From: Tubiluchus corallicola
Taxonomy: Eukaryota > Animalia > Priapulida
Assembly: GCA_030141605.1 (NCBI GenBank)
Contig: JAQGDQ010000300.1
Span: forward strand, 201,847-265,846
Direction of reading: 5' to 3'
DNA length: 64,000 nucleotides
Numbering within the stretch: position 1 is the stretch's first letter; the number at the start of each line of letters is the position of its first letter. This document shows positions 12,858 to 53,994 of the stretch, piece after piece. The translations under genes and the position numbers were made by a program. Under the pieces are notes generated by a model that saw only the letters and a list, made by a program, of their open reading frames with translations, ran no database searches and was not told where the DNA came from.

Positions 12858-14490
12858 ATAACACAATGTTGTTGAATACTTATAAATTGTAAGTAATTTT
12901 TTAACATGTTTATTATGATTATTCGGTTCAAGTGATGAATTATGTGTCAAATATGGTCTTACTGTGTTTACATCTCCATGTATAATGGCATTGAATGCAC
13001 AATTTTTGTCACATTTTGTATAATCTTAATAACTTTTTGACTTTGGGTTGATTTTTGGCTCGAAGTGAAGCAAACTTGGTATTTATACACCACCCAGGTT
13101 ATGTCTTGGTTGAAATTTTATTGATTGTTGTACAATTATTGCTTTTAAGTAGAAATGTTGAGAAAGTATTATTATTATTACATCGTATTCTGTATATTTT
13201 GAAGCAAACCTTTAGTGTATAGCATAGTGTAGTATAGATTGTGTTAGTGTAACACTGGATTTGCTAATTTTACAGTACATAATATTGCATTTGTGGCATA
13301 TGGTAATTGTAGTTATGTATTTTAAGCATATGTTAAATTTTTGTTTTCTTTGTCATCTACTTCAATCATTGATTCGTTTATCTTTATTAGAGGTGTCGTT
13401 CTACTCATGTCATATCAGTAGCTTTTTTACTGAAAATGTACATATTTTTGCCAGTATTTGGGAGTCTCTTTTAAAGTTGCCACTAATAATGTTTTAACAA
13501 ATGCGTGATCACTGATTTTAGAAAAATTGCTTTAATGAATGTACAGGAGAGAAAAACGAGCTTGAAAATATGTGTTTATTCCTCAAATAGCTACAGAGAT
13601 ATCATTATTTTACATATTTTGAATGGTATGCTGAACCATACTGCACCACCTATTGGGAAATCCCTAAATACCACAACACGGTCAGTTTAAACTTGACTTT
13701 TTGTACTATAAGTTTTCACAATTTAAAGTATAATAATGAGGTTTTAGGGTTTCAATTCCTTAATGGCACATGTACATAAATTAAGGTGTATGTTTTGTCG
13801 GTGCCCTACCGTCGGTAATATCATAGTGTACATTTTAAATCTCCTTTTTTACCTCTTACTAAATTGCACTTTCGGTCAGAATAGCAGAGTACAGTACTGC
13901 TACGTTTAGTTGTGTGACAGAGTGTGACATCATATTGTTATTACACGTTGTAAAATTGTTAGTGATATTTAATTTTTGTCATGGTGACTATGGCAGTATA
14001 GAAGCATTTATTTTTTGTCCTTGGATATATGTTACTTTTGTACCAGGTATGACTGACCCTAGGTTTGTGACTTCTGATTAGCCTAATTGCTGGTTAGAAA
14101 TAAACACTTTTTTTATTTTGAATCTCGTAAGCAGCTAAAAGTTGGGACTTTAAGGACCCCTTTTTACTTTGATTATCCTTAATATTTTCTTATTGGATCA
14201 CATTAAATTTGTACAGATCTACAGGGTTTACTTAATTATATTATTAGAATTTTTTGTTTAGTATAGTAATAATTACTCATATGTCTCAAGTGTATATAGT
14301 TTTGTAAATAATTTTTGAGCTCATAAGGTAAATTTAACATACAGCTTTTTATCAGTTGCAAGAGCTTCTCGTGCTTGTTATTAAATTATCAATGTTGTGT
14401 TTATATTTACAATTTTAGTAATGGCATTTAGGTAACACAAGAGTAAGGTTAATTTGCATAGATTTTTTTCTTAATCTTGTTGCTACAGTT

Positions 14491-14726
14491 ACCATAAAGG
14501 TAGGACTCCACGCGTATTGCGTGATGCGTAGATACGCTTAGCGCTACAGACAAATGGAACCAGTCATTACCCATCACGGATTGCGCATTACGCGCACATG
14601 GAATCCATGCTCGCGTAATGCGTGATGCGTAGATACGCTTAGCGTCTACAGACACATGGAATCAGTCATTGCGCATCAGGGATTACGCACTGCGCAAAAG
14701 CGCGCAAGGAATCCTACCTCTATGGT
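14491..14726. mobile_element. MITE with 19-bp TIRs and an internal ~100-bp direct duplication
   Basis: ACCATAAAGGTAGGACTCC at the left end vs GGAATCCTACCTCTATGGT at the right end. GCGTGATGCGTAGATACGCTTAGCG occurs twice inside. Confidence 0.75.
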
Positions 14727-15061
14727 GCATAACTGAGTCGTATAGATTCAGAAAATGTAAAGAATTGTTACAGAATTTGCAGCTTTGTAATAAAAATGCA
14801 TTCTTGCGCGGTTGTTACTTGCGCTAACTATGCTTTTACTGTTCTGAAATAAAATTCAGAGAATTCTGGAAAATGGATACACAATTGATTTTAACCATTT
14901 CGAGTAATTTTTGTTCAGGGGGCGGTGGGCTTCAAACTGTTCACCTTGGTGCTTTATCAGTTTGTTCTATCATGTTCAGTCCAATCTTAGGTAATATAAG
15001 ATGAAAGAGACTTCAAATAAATGACAACATCATGTAATAGATATAGTACTAAAAATAGAAT

Positions 15062-15530
15062 CAGTGTAACCTCATTATAACGCCTCCCCCTCCGTTTATA
15101 ATACCCCTCCCTCGTTTATAATGCCAACTTGCTGAACGCCCAAATTTTTAGCAGAACAAAAATATCAGCTTACTGTAATTTGCGAAACGAACTGTAGAGG
15201 AAGAGACTAGATACAGGAAGTAAGAAAGAGGGAACGAGGGAGAGAAAGAGAGTAGGAGGAGAGAGAGTGAGGGCGAAAATGAGAGTGTATGTGTGAGTGA
15301 GGGAGAGAATGAAAGTGGGAGAAGGAAAGATAAAGAGAGTGTGAGAGCGAAGGAGAGTGAGAGGGGCAGAGAGAGATTGTAAAAGCTTTGCTTAGCTGAA
15401 TAGGAATTTCCAGTTCGTTTCGCAAATTACAGTAAGCAAAATATCCATATTTGCATAAACACGTAATAATGCACCTCGTTATAATACCAAACTCGCTTAA
15501 TGCCAATTTTTTTTGCAGTCGCGAAGTAGG
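15062..15530. mobile_element. Composite pogo/Tigger-like MITE fragments with a perfect 27-bp inverted repeat around a GA-rich core
   Basis: CAGTGTAACCTCATTATAACGCC terminus at 15062. GCTTACTGTAATTTGCGAAACGAACTG (15168-15194) is exactly inverted at 15411-15437. Confidence 0.55.
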
Positions 15531-15972
15531 TTTGAATTTGAAGAAAAAAATATTGCTCCACAACAGGTATGCAAATTCGGCTACACCTAGCTTACTAACT
15601 CCTTTATTCACTTCTTTAACGTGTTTTGCTGCTTGTTTGTTTTTGTTTGTTTGTTTGTTTTCTTTACACTGGTGTTTATAACAAAATAGTTGTACAAAGA
15701 TTCATTTTCTTTTTTTCCATTTTTTCCCCGAAATTATTAATGAAGTCATAATTGCGGAAAATAAAACATTAAAATTTCATTAGTTGGTATTGACGAATTT
15801 CGAAAGCATTCTGCTTTCATTTAATTCCGATTCTGCATAGCTTGAAGTGAAAAGCCAATTATGCTTTTTTCCTGTACCATTCCGCCTAGGCTGGATTCAG
15901 TTGATCTTATTAAGTAATTTAATTTTGGTACCAGATACCACTGATTCACGAACGATCACCATTTTTGTTGTA

Positions 15973-16295
15973 CAGTCGACCCTCGTTAAACCGGACCCCG
16001 TTAGCCCGGATATCGGGTAAGATGGACGTCATCCGTGGTAAAGGAAACTGACCGATTTCCGTCCGAGCCGGAGCGCTGAACACAACACGGCCTACCAACT
16101 GTACAATAATTTCTTCATCTTCACAGGTTAACTATTTTAAAGTAATATACAGTATAGTATATAGTGCAATGGACATAGGCCTTTTTAAGGTGATTATTCC
16201 TGTATAATATAGACCATATATAGGCATATCGGATAATCGGCTAAACCGGACCACCCCCCCACCCCCAATTAGTCCGCTTTAACGAGGGTTGACTG
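15973..16295. mobile_element. Tc1/mariner-pogo (Tigger-like) MITE
   Basis: ta|CAGTCGACCCTCGTTAAA ... TTTAACGAGGGTTGACTG TIRs with subterminal CCGGA repeats. TA target site visible on the left. Confidence 0.85.
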
Positions 16296-18438
16296 AATTT
16301 GTTTTTGTTCTATATTGTAACATCGCCATTTATCATTGGATTTCAGTAATTTAATTTTAAAGCAGATCACAAAAACATCAAACTCCAAAATAAAGTTCTA
16401 ATTTTTAATTGCACAAGTTTAGGTCAGAGCGCGAAAACGCAACCGTTTTTGGCCAAAATCAAGCCGCACCTCCAAACTGTTTCAAAAAAAGTTCCTAGTT
16501 CTAACAAGTACCAGCCCATCAATTTCCAGGGCCCAAGTGCTAAGAATAGTCCCACAGTAACCATGCAACACCCATCTCTCTAGGGCAAGCACTTTCCACT
16601 ACCCCCAGGACGACATACACTTACCTTCACATACTCAAACATCACTATACTTATCACACCACACTAACTTCTTTTTACTAGTATTTATTATTAATTATTG
16701 TAGGCCTAATTGTATAGACGTATGATTGCTAGACAAATCGATTTTTGACAGTGTTATTAGAAATTTTGCAAAGAAAAAAACAGAAAAGCACATTTCAATT
16801 TAACTCTAGTTGAATGTTAAACTAATCTTTTGTTTTTTTAAGAAAAGTATTTTCCTTTGAAAGAATTTATTATGAACGTTTAAAAAGCATTTCACTATGA
16901 AAAACCCTGAACAATGATTAGTGAACGTAACCGTAAATACTGATTTATCTTGCTGCATTAAGTGAATATGTTTGTTACATTATGTTATATCTGATCATGA
17001 AAATAAATGAGAATTTATGAGAGTTTTATATGTGGATTTGCTGAACACCAAATCCTCAATTTGAGAAAAATCTTTGCCTGCTTCGGGTCCCAAAGGGTCT
17101 TGTACCGTTTGCTAGTGGTCCTAAAGTCCTGATGCTCATTGTTTATAAAAATAACCATTTTACTCTGATTAGTTACTCTATTCCACATTTCTGTGACCAA
17201 AACGAGTTTTTAATTTTCGCTGTAGATCATTTAAAAGGGCGTATATAGGTTTATACGAACCACATAAATCAAATTCTTGTTAATAATGACTGACAGTAAA
17301 AATTCACACACTTAAGATTGAGCCTTTTAATCGAGTAACATTTAACCGAGGTTCAATTTTCGGATTAAGTTCAGGTTGAGCCAGACAAAAAGTTTTTACC
17401 TGAGAAAAGTATAACCTTTACTCTGCGCAAAGTTGAAACTATTATTAAATTTCTAAAAAAAAAGAACAGCACTGCACAGCGGCTAAACAGATACAAAAGA
17501 AATTTTCACCTTCAATAGTAACTAATCGCGCTCCTTAATCCGCTGAAAAATCAGGATTCCATTGTTGGTATTTCTAAAGCAGGTGGTGAATTTCATACGT
17601 AACGCTAATGCACTTTGGCGCAATTTACAATAGTGTCACTTTGATTAAACGAAGATGCTGATTTTAATACCTACGGATTTTAATCGGATTATCTGACTGA
17701 ACTTGTAAATAAGAGTCGAAATTTTTGTTGTTACTTTCATATTTTTCTAACTATCAATGTTGTTATGTTTACATATTTTTTAATAAAGACAATTAGGTCT
17801 AGGTTTTTACCGAATTTTTAGAGGCACGGTTAGCAGTTATTATTAAGAGCCCATTTCAAAGAAAATAAAGGCAGAATCATTACAACGCTATTTTTCGAGT
17901 AGACCACTTTATAAAATTAATAAATCTAGTGGCAGCTCAAGGTAATAGGTTACCGAAAATATGAACACAGATCTAGAAATATACAACGCTTAATAACTAA
18001 TTTGATAGAGGATAACTGCAAAATAATCTTCTTTAATCGAAAGAATTTTAAAGAATTTTACGGACGAAAAGTGTGAAGAAAACCGGATTCATAAGCAGCT
18101 GTACTGTACCTAGGAATATTGAGGTTAAATTACGAGAAGCAACGGCAAAATTACTACTAACAGTAACGTGATAAAACCAATGAATAAAGATCTCGAAAGC
18201 ATGTTCTGTAAAAGTAACAACAAAAGTAGTTTTATGTACGATCTATGCGTTCTGGTAAGCCGGACATTGGAGAATTGAAACTCCGTTGCAAAATCTGACC
18301 CAGTCAAAGAAAGAACATGAAATTACAATCTGTCAGGTGACTTTATGTAATACATGTAAGTTGAAACGCCAGCTTAGAAGTGACTGCAGTATTTCTTCTA
18401 AGTCGATTTGCGAAAACAGAGTATGTAGTTTTAAAAAT

Positions 18439-19130
18439 TAAGATAGATAAGATACTTTATTTATTTGTCGACATTTAAAACAGGCAATATGAGCCAAAGC
18501 TACTGCAATCAACACATACAGAGAGAATTTACATCTTTAAAATACACAATTAAATAAGAAATCTAATGACTGGAAAGTAAAAAACGTGACACCAATAAAT
18601 TTTATGCACTATTTAGTATCACAAAATAATCTGTTATTCAAGTCGACAAAATTATACCCTCTTTGAAATCGTTTACAGGTTTCGTCATACCAAAAATATT
18701 TAAATGACCCTAGACTGCAGTAGCCGCCTGGATGTTTTTAGGTCGGCCATTCCACAACTTTGCTCCTTGGTAACGTAGAAAATTAAACCATATGTGGTAG
18801 TATTGACACAAGGGAACAAAAAGTTCTTGAATATATGGAGGGTCTAGAGATAGAGCCAGTTGTATACCTCAGTTACTAAGAACCCAAGTCTGCCAAGTTA
18901 GATATTTTCTATAGTAGCTAAGATCCAAGCGTTTGCATACAGTGTGCAACTGAAGCCAATTTCCATGATGACAGAAAACATGAGATATTACAAGCGCTAA
19001 AAAAGCTAGTTAGCGCAGAACACTGTATAGGTTTCAAATTTTTAAGTTGACAGGTAGACTTTCATTGTGCACAAAAGCTTTGGATAGATAATTTGATGAT
19101 TGATACATGGTAGTCATTGAGTAATACGTT
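18439..19130 (-). mobile_element. LINE 3' remnant (L2/Crack-like)
   Basis: Minus strand encodes FLRYQGAKLWNG (~18745-18785) and ends in AATAAA plus a TATCT-repeat tail near 18440-18463. Confidence 0.55.
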
Positions 19131-19278
19131 GAACATACGACACCTCGCAGATCAATGAACAACAACAATCAAAACAAACATCATCAGTGATTCGTATAAT
19201 AACCCAGTACAAGTAGAAAATAAAATACAAGCGAACAGACAACATTTCATTAATACGAATGTAATCCTAATCATGCAT

Positions 19279-19803
19279 TTAAAGGAGAAGAATACGGGTA
19301 CCTGAAGTAGATTTCAGAAAAATCACCTTAAAAAAATTATGTTACTTTATAGCTATTATACGTACATAGTAGCATATCGTACTCGCGTTGAAATTTTCAT
19401 TTGTTTTCATTTTAAATCTCCCGCAATACTGTTCCGACCGCGCCATATGCGCACAACGTAAATGTGAGGAAGAAAAGGAAATGTTAAATGTCCCAAAAAA
19501 GTTATATTACTTAGCATTTCGCTTACCTGCTTGAAAGACTTGTGTGACTAGAAAATAAAATTTAACCAGAAACATATTTTTAATCTTAATGACAAGATAC
19601 AGTAATTTAAAATTTGACTTATTTAGTAAGTTATCATCAAAATGGCTGCGTCTAACGGTCATCGCGGGAGTTTAAATCTACGTGTTTTGTACAGCGTTAC
19701 TGCCCACGCAAGCCCTGCATGTTTAAAAGTAATGTAAGTGGTATACAATTTCAAGACGAATTTCTTAAGCTTTATATAAGTGGAGGGTTTTCTTGCGCTT
19801 TAA
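19279..19803 (+). mobile_element. MITE family B (TTAA-flanked, Kolobok-like)
   Basis: ttaaAGGAGAAGAATAC ... TTTTCTTGCGCTttaa. The core AAAATGGCTGCGTCTAACGGTCATCGCGGGAGTTTAAA is found inverted at ~40595-40632. Confidence 0.7.
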
Positions 19804-20644
19804 AGAAATTTAGCATTACATTCTTGGTAAAGGAATCTGTCGCATCTCACACCCGGTTTTTTAAAAAAATAATTAAAAAGCAGTAAAATTATTTCTAAAA
19901 GCTCTACATTCTTTATTTTTCGTTATGAATAAAAATTTTATTTTAAATTATGAAATAATATTTTCATTACTCATTCTAAGAAAATCAGAACACAGCTAAG
20001 TATTTTTTGTATAGCATTTAACTCTTAGTTTGTTGTGTTGAGAGCAGTATAAAATAGTACAAAATGTTTTTCGTTCTATATTGCAATGTTTGCAGAGTTT
20101 TCATTAATGGGTATTTTATCTACGTTGTGGAACATGCCAGATTCTATATGTAAACAATGGGAACTTATTCTTACTTTGGTGAAAACAACTTTTGATTTAA
20201 ACCAATTTAAATCATCATTGCTTGGGTCCAGCGTTGAGATTATGCGATGTGATACGGAAATCAGACATTGGAGAATTAGAGGTGGAAATAATGAAAGCTG
20301 TTGTAGACCGGCTGCATGTTAGAATTCTCACTAAAAGGCTGGGCAGGCAGTTCAGCAGGAGGTAAGATTTCTGACCCGTAACTAGCAGAGATAGGAAACT
20401 TAGTGCAGCTGTAGACGCAGTTAGCAACGCGCTAGAAACTTTTCGAGCCTAATATTTACATTTACTTAACATTTATTAGTAGCAAAAATAAATACGAGAC
20501 AAAGAATTCACACAATTTCAATTATGAAATATGGTGACACTACAAACAAACAATATTGATAAAATACATATAAGAGTTGGTTGAATTGGGCCTTGAACCG
20601 ATTTTGAATATTTCAGTTTTGCAATCTCCGGGGTTTTTTCTAGT

Positions 20645-21340
20645 TTAATGAAAGGACACATTTATAAAATGGACGATTTTATGTACAAAAATGAACTGAT
20701 TTTTTTGCTCAACAATGAAACTTTTAGTACATATGACGAATGCACTTCAAAATTCTACTATTATGTCAATAGTAATTACAATTCACTTAGTTAGCATGTT
20801 GTGCTTATTTTGTTTTATCATTTAAACTTAGAAAAAATAACAAAGAAATTTTCAACAAACTGCCACTAAAGCATAAAGTTAATTTTCAACTACAACTAGC
20901 TAGAAATTTTCATGAGTAGTATGATTCAGAGGCCATTAATTAACTTGAAAATTATGACGTAACTGGTGGATTTCGTGACTTTTCATAAGCGCATCGTGAT
21001 ATTCCGTAAGTGCGGGCTGCTTAAACTAATTCAAACTTCTGCAGCTCACCTAATGTTCACACGAAAACACCATCAAATTACCTATCTAATTTTTTGTGAA
21101 AACTTATACTTTTGACGGAATTAACAGTGCGCTACTTTTCTTCAGTCGATGAACAACAATTTCTTGTCATTCGTGGAATAATAAGCGTTCAAAATGAGAG
21201 CGCCCAAGAGTAAAATTATCGCGACTTTAGATGATTTTACAAAATGCACCAGACGCTTATCACACTTCTATTGCGAAATCATTCTAATACTTTTCGCGAA
21301 CATAGGCCCAACTTCCCAACAGGCTTTGCCTTTCTTTTAA
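20645..21340 (-). mobile_element. MITE family C (TTAA-flanked)
   Basis: Reverse complement of 26271-26894. Shared TTGAAAATTATGAC.TAACTGGTGGA.TTCGTGACTTTT core; terminus GCCTTTCTTTTAA. Confidence 0.6.
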
Positions 21341-21828
21341 AGACAGGTTATCGACGTTCAAAGTTTTGTCTTCTATCCAATAGCACTTTGTATTTGTTTG
21401 CCTATCGTTTTGACAAAACGTGTTAATTTGTTCCTAACAGTAAACTTGTGTATTTCACACACTACAAGCCCACACAAGCCCTCAAAAGATAGTCCGCACT
21501 TAGCTGTCTATCGGCACAAGTTAAAAGGTATCATGCCAAAGCAAATACTATATACAGGCTATTATGGTGAAGCATTGGATATAAGGTAAGAGAGCAAATG
21601 ATAAGGCAGTATCAGTAAACATCCTTGGGTACATAAATAATGTTAAAGAAGGTTTATAGCCCAAATAATCCAAAATGTCTACTTTTGGGCAAGCAAATCA
21701 GTAAGCTTGTGCGGTTAGCATGAATACACTGTATATATGAGCTGCACAACATTGCTACGTGCATGGACATCGTTTTGATCATTAAAGTTTACTTGTGTTG
21801 CCTTTGAATTGTATCATTGTTTGTTACC

Positions 21829-34056
<12,228 letters not shown>

Positions 34057-34854
34057 ATTAACAAAGTTACCCGAAAATGCAAAGATAAGCTGACCAGTGA
34101 CCAATGAGAACTATTAATATATTTAGTGAATGGACATTGAAAGGTCAGTTATAGTGCCTGGATCTAGCGAAATGTCGAACCCGGCGAATAAGTTGAACTG
34201 AATGCCGGACAGCGAAACATCGAAAGGCGTTAATGCGCGAACGCCCAGTAGTGTTCTCTTGCCTGCCGTAAGAAAAATGTCGAGCGCGATTTAGTAAATA
34301 AGACATTTATTCCTCGTCTGTTGTCTATTCATCAAGAAAATGTGAGTAGTCGTGTAGTCATGCGTTGTGCTTCAATGGTCAACGATACAAAAACCTATAA
34401 TGTACTTTTATTCCCAAACACTGTATTGCCGTGTAGTAACATACAAATTATTAGGAATTGTTAGCCTTTTTTGATAATGACTTTAAATTAATAAAAAAGT
34501 ATTTACGTTTGTACATATTTTCCCTATCTTTTATCATTTATGTTAAATTATATTATGTTTAGGCCTACACGTAAACGATTTATCACAAGTTAGACATCTT
34601 ACAATTCTCTTAGTTTGTTAAAAATTTGTTTTGATATTGCCTAAACGTAAACATTTAGCACATTAAGACATCCTATAACTCTGTCAATTTGTTAAAATTT
34701 TTGCATTCAGTAGCAAAAATTGTTTTCACACAAACCTCGATTGTTTAATGCACACGTTATCATCATGTCGAACAAAATTAATGTCTAACATTTATTTACG
34801 ACAGTGAAACATTTAGTTTAACGATTACACAAAAAAAGCAGATTGACACTTTTC

Positions 34855-35225
34855 ACAAAGTTGTACTAAGAAAAGTTTTAAAGATAAAATGGCCGTATAT
34901 AATCAAAAATGAAGATTTATACACTAGAACGAAAGAAATTCCTTGGAGTTGAAAAGTCAGGCCTCCAAAATTAAGATGGCTAGGATTCTTAGTTTTACCA
35001 GGCGAAACACCAGTAAGAATCGCCTTAAGGGAAGCCTTAAAATCTTGCAAAAAACCACCTGGCAAGCAAACAATAACTTGGACATATCGAAGATAAATAT
35101 GTTCAACAACTTCAACCAAATCTAGGTTTGGGAGCAGACGAACTTACGCTGTTAGCTGCACACAGTAGGTGGAATAGTCTAATAAATGGTAATGAATTAG
35201 TGTCTACAACATTGATACATAAATT
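34855..35225 (+). mobile_element. RTE-clade LINE C-terminal remnant
   Basis: Plus strand reads LRKVLKIKWPYIIKNEDLYTRTKEIPWS*...KLRWLG...LPGETPVRIAL, with stops and frameshifts. Confidence 0.7.
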
Positions 35226-35299
35226 CAAGAAAAGAATTTACACTTATCTAGGTTATAAGACCATAATTATTGGCAATACAAAGTACATTTACTGCAATT

Positions 35300-35895
35300 A
35301 GACTGGCCACATGCTCCATCAAAAAGCGCACTCAACAATTCGCGTTTGTACTTTTTAAGACAGCTCAAATTGTTTAACACTGCTCCTGCTGTGATGGAGA
35401 GTTTTTATGGCACAGTAATTGAAAGCGTCTTAACAATATCCCTCACTGTTTAGAATGGCGCTACCACGCACGGAGATCGCAATGCTCTTGATCAAGTTGT
35501 TAAATCCGCCTCAAAAATTATAAGAGTTGAACAGCAATCAATGGCATATTTGTATGAAACTAGGGTCGCAGAGAGAGCCCAAGTTATCATGAAAGATGAA
35601 TTCCATCCAGGTAATAAATATTTTGAAATGCTCCCCTCTGGTCGTAGATTCCGCTCAATTAACGCTAAAATCACAAGAACTTTAAATTCTTTCTGTCCAG
35701 GTGCAATTCACACCATCAACAGTAAATTTCAGTAAATCTCCAATGTTAATTCTTGATGTCACTGTACAACTGATTGAATTATTTGTGTTAATCTCCTTGT
35801 TGTTTCTATAAGTTATTGTAGTACGTAAAACCACGTAAATTTCATTGTATGTATTATGCTATAATGACAATAAATTGCTTACTTACTTACTACTT
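35300..35895 (+). mobile_element. Rex1/Babar-like LINE 3' remnant
   Basis: LYFLRQLKLF...FYGTVIESVLT..., then IMKDEFHPGNKYFEMLPSGRRFRSI...NSFCPGAIHTIN. Ends in AATAAA plus a (TTAC)n tail. Confidence 0.85.
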
Positions 35896-36165
35896 AAGAA
35901 CGACCAAAGACTGTTCGGGCACTAGCAAATAAAATAAGTCCTAAACCAAGACTTAAACTTTTAGTTGCCCCAAGTTTGTATGCGGAATTGTTAAAATGAT
36001 GAAAAAATTAAATTTTAACCTAATTAAATTTTTACAATAAAATATGCGTAGTATCTCAATAAAATTTTCTCTGGACTTCAATGCGCGCTTTTATGCGTTT
36101 TAAGCAAATTAAATATCCTAATGTCATAAAGCATTTCCAGAACTTCATTTTTCAATGCTTTTGAA

Positions 36166-36380
36166 GCCATGTTTACACTACGGAGCTATGCGCGACCCGC
36201 CCTGGATCTTCTTAGTCCGTTTCTCACTTTTAAGGGCTTTGCCCACTTTTACCCCCGTTTACACTACGTGAAATTATATGAACATATTTTGCCTTTGTGT
36301 TATGAAAAACACTGTCGCGCCGCATGCAATGAAAAGTGCTTGGACGGCGCTGGCGAAAGAGTCACAGGGCATATTACATT
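36166..36380. mobile_element. Possible PIF/Harbinger-like MITE fragment
   Basis: GCCATGTTTACACTACG terminus-like motif, repeated internally as CCCGTTTACACTACG. Second end not found. Confidence 0.35.
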
Positions 36381-37680
36381 ACGAAACGAAAATAATATGA
36401 ATTTTGGCGATATAGATCTTCTGAGACTAGGTGGTGGTGGGGGGGGGAGAAGTCCAGTATCCGTAGGTTAATAGTGTTTCTAATACACCACAAGTAATTG
36501 TTTACTCTGCTCATTACATAAGCAACCATAAATTCACAATAAATTCACTCAGCTGCAAGCAGTTACATCATTTGATCACTAATAATTGATTGCTTACTTG
36601 ACAAGTAATTGCAGTAATTTTTGTTTTCAGTTTGTATAATTGCATGTAGTGTATCTTATTATGTAATTGTAATGGTGTTTTTACCTAATAAACAAAACAA
36701 AAATAAAGATGGCGGAACAGAACTATCAGCTTAGGGCGCTGTAAAGTCTTGATACTCCTCTGAATTTAATTGTCATCTACATCGAGAATGTTCTGCGTGC
36801 AGCGAGACGTATATTAAATAAAGAAAGTTTCTCTGCTATAATACCATGTTTTATTAATGATAATAATAATAATATTATTATTATAAATCTTAGCATATTT
36901 TAACTTCACAAATGCATTAATTATACCTAACTATTTTGTGATGGATCTTCAACCATTGGCTGCTGCTACAGTTATATCTGTTATTAAACTGTGTCTATAA
37001 TTAACAAAACTGTAATTAACAGGGCTGAATAACAAAACTAATTAAGTTGCGTGTCATATTAGATCTGTATTAAAAATACACCAGTTTAGCTATGCAACTT
37101 TATTTCCATTATCTTAGCATCCGTTAAAGAATCACAAATTTTTTTACGTCTGCAAATGTTTAGTAAACATAATATGTTTTGCTCTCTTCTGCTAAATTTA
37201 AACGGCCTTCAAAAGTGAAGAACCAATAAAATGGTGGTAAGATTGCACAGAACTCTCTCAGGACTACATTTCATATTACACCCTTCATCACGCTCGGGTT
37301 ACGATGCGGTTACGATGAGTTTAATATCATGCACTCAATCACTGTCGTATTAATTTAATGCTTGCAATGAAGAATTCTCTTAAACGAGACGACATATACT
37401 ACTAACAAAGTTGTGCAATCCTTTGACTGAACACTCTGTTTTGCTGAAGATGAATGCGTTTTCGAGCTGATTTCACTAATTACCGTAATTATTAATTTGT
37501 GTTGCAAATCACTATTCGCTGAAATGCGTTTTGAAAGTGGCATAAGTAATTTCCAAAAACTTTTGAAACAGCTGCATAAAATGTAGAATTTGAAGATATT
37601 GAAAACTAAATTGACTTTTGTAACAAAGTGAAAGTTAGTGCGACACCGCTAAAGCGTAAGCAGTCTTCTTTATCAATAGC

Positions 37681-53105
<15,425 letters not shown>

Positions 53106-53994
53106 TACACTCAAACATGAGTGTTTTGCATGCAACGATTATTAATGATGTTGAAAAAACCTCAAATATTGTTACTGATTGATTCTTTCTTGCTGTTGGG
53201 TACAATATGCAGCTTACTAGAACTTACAGGCACAATTCCTTTTAGAATAAACCTAAAAGTTTATATAACAATTGCAGCTTATATAACAATTGTGCTTGAT
53301 TTGTAAGCCAAACTATAAAAAGGCAAAATTTCAAAAAGTGCTGATTGGTTCGTCATTACAAAAACCCGAGTACACTAATATGTACTTAATGCAAATTGAG
53401 CAGTTTAGTTTTAGACCTGCCAGTTGCGAATGATTCAGCCATTAACAGAAAACGCCCTGTTGTCTCAGCAGTATAATGCCGGACTTTATCAATAAGATTT
53501 TTAATAGTTTTGGTTGTTTTGTGGTACTTTTTTATGTACAGAAATCACGAAGCTATAGTTAGAAAGCATAGGATATGAAATATGTAGGTAAAATAATTGA
53601 ATGTAATGGATGAGTTTCCTGCAGATTTGCCATCGTGCAACAATTAATAATTTCACATTTCTTTTAGTCTTGAATTTTAAATCTTTATTGTATTAATTCT
53701 GTACGATCACAACATTAGGACTGGTTATATTGTACTAGCACTGGATGTGGCCAAATAAGCCGAATAAACCGAGTAAACATTACAACATTTTTTCTAGTCA
53801 GAAACACAGACACACAGACACACAGACACACAGACACACAGACACACAGCGACTTATTTAGCGCATATTTTAGGCTGAAAATTTTTGCCAGGAGCTTGAA
53901 CTCGGCGAAATAAGAGGTCATGTGGGAAATAAATGTGAAACCTGTTAAAAGGATTAAATTTCTTTGTGGAGTTTGCAAGAATATGAGTCCTTCA

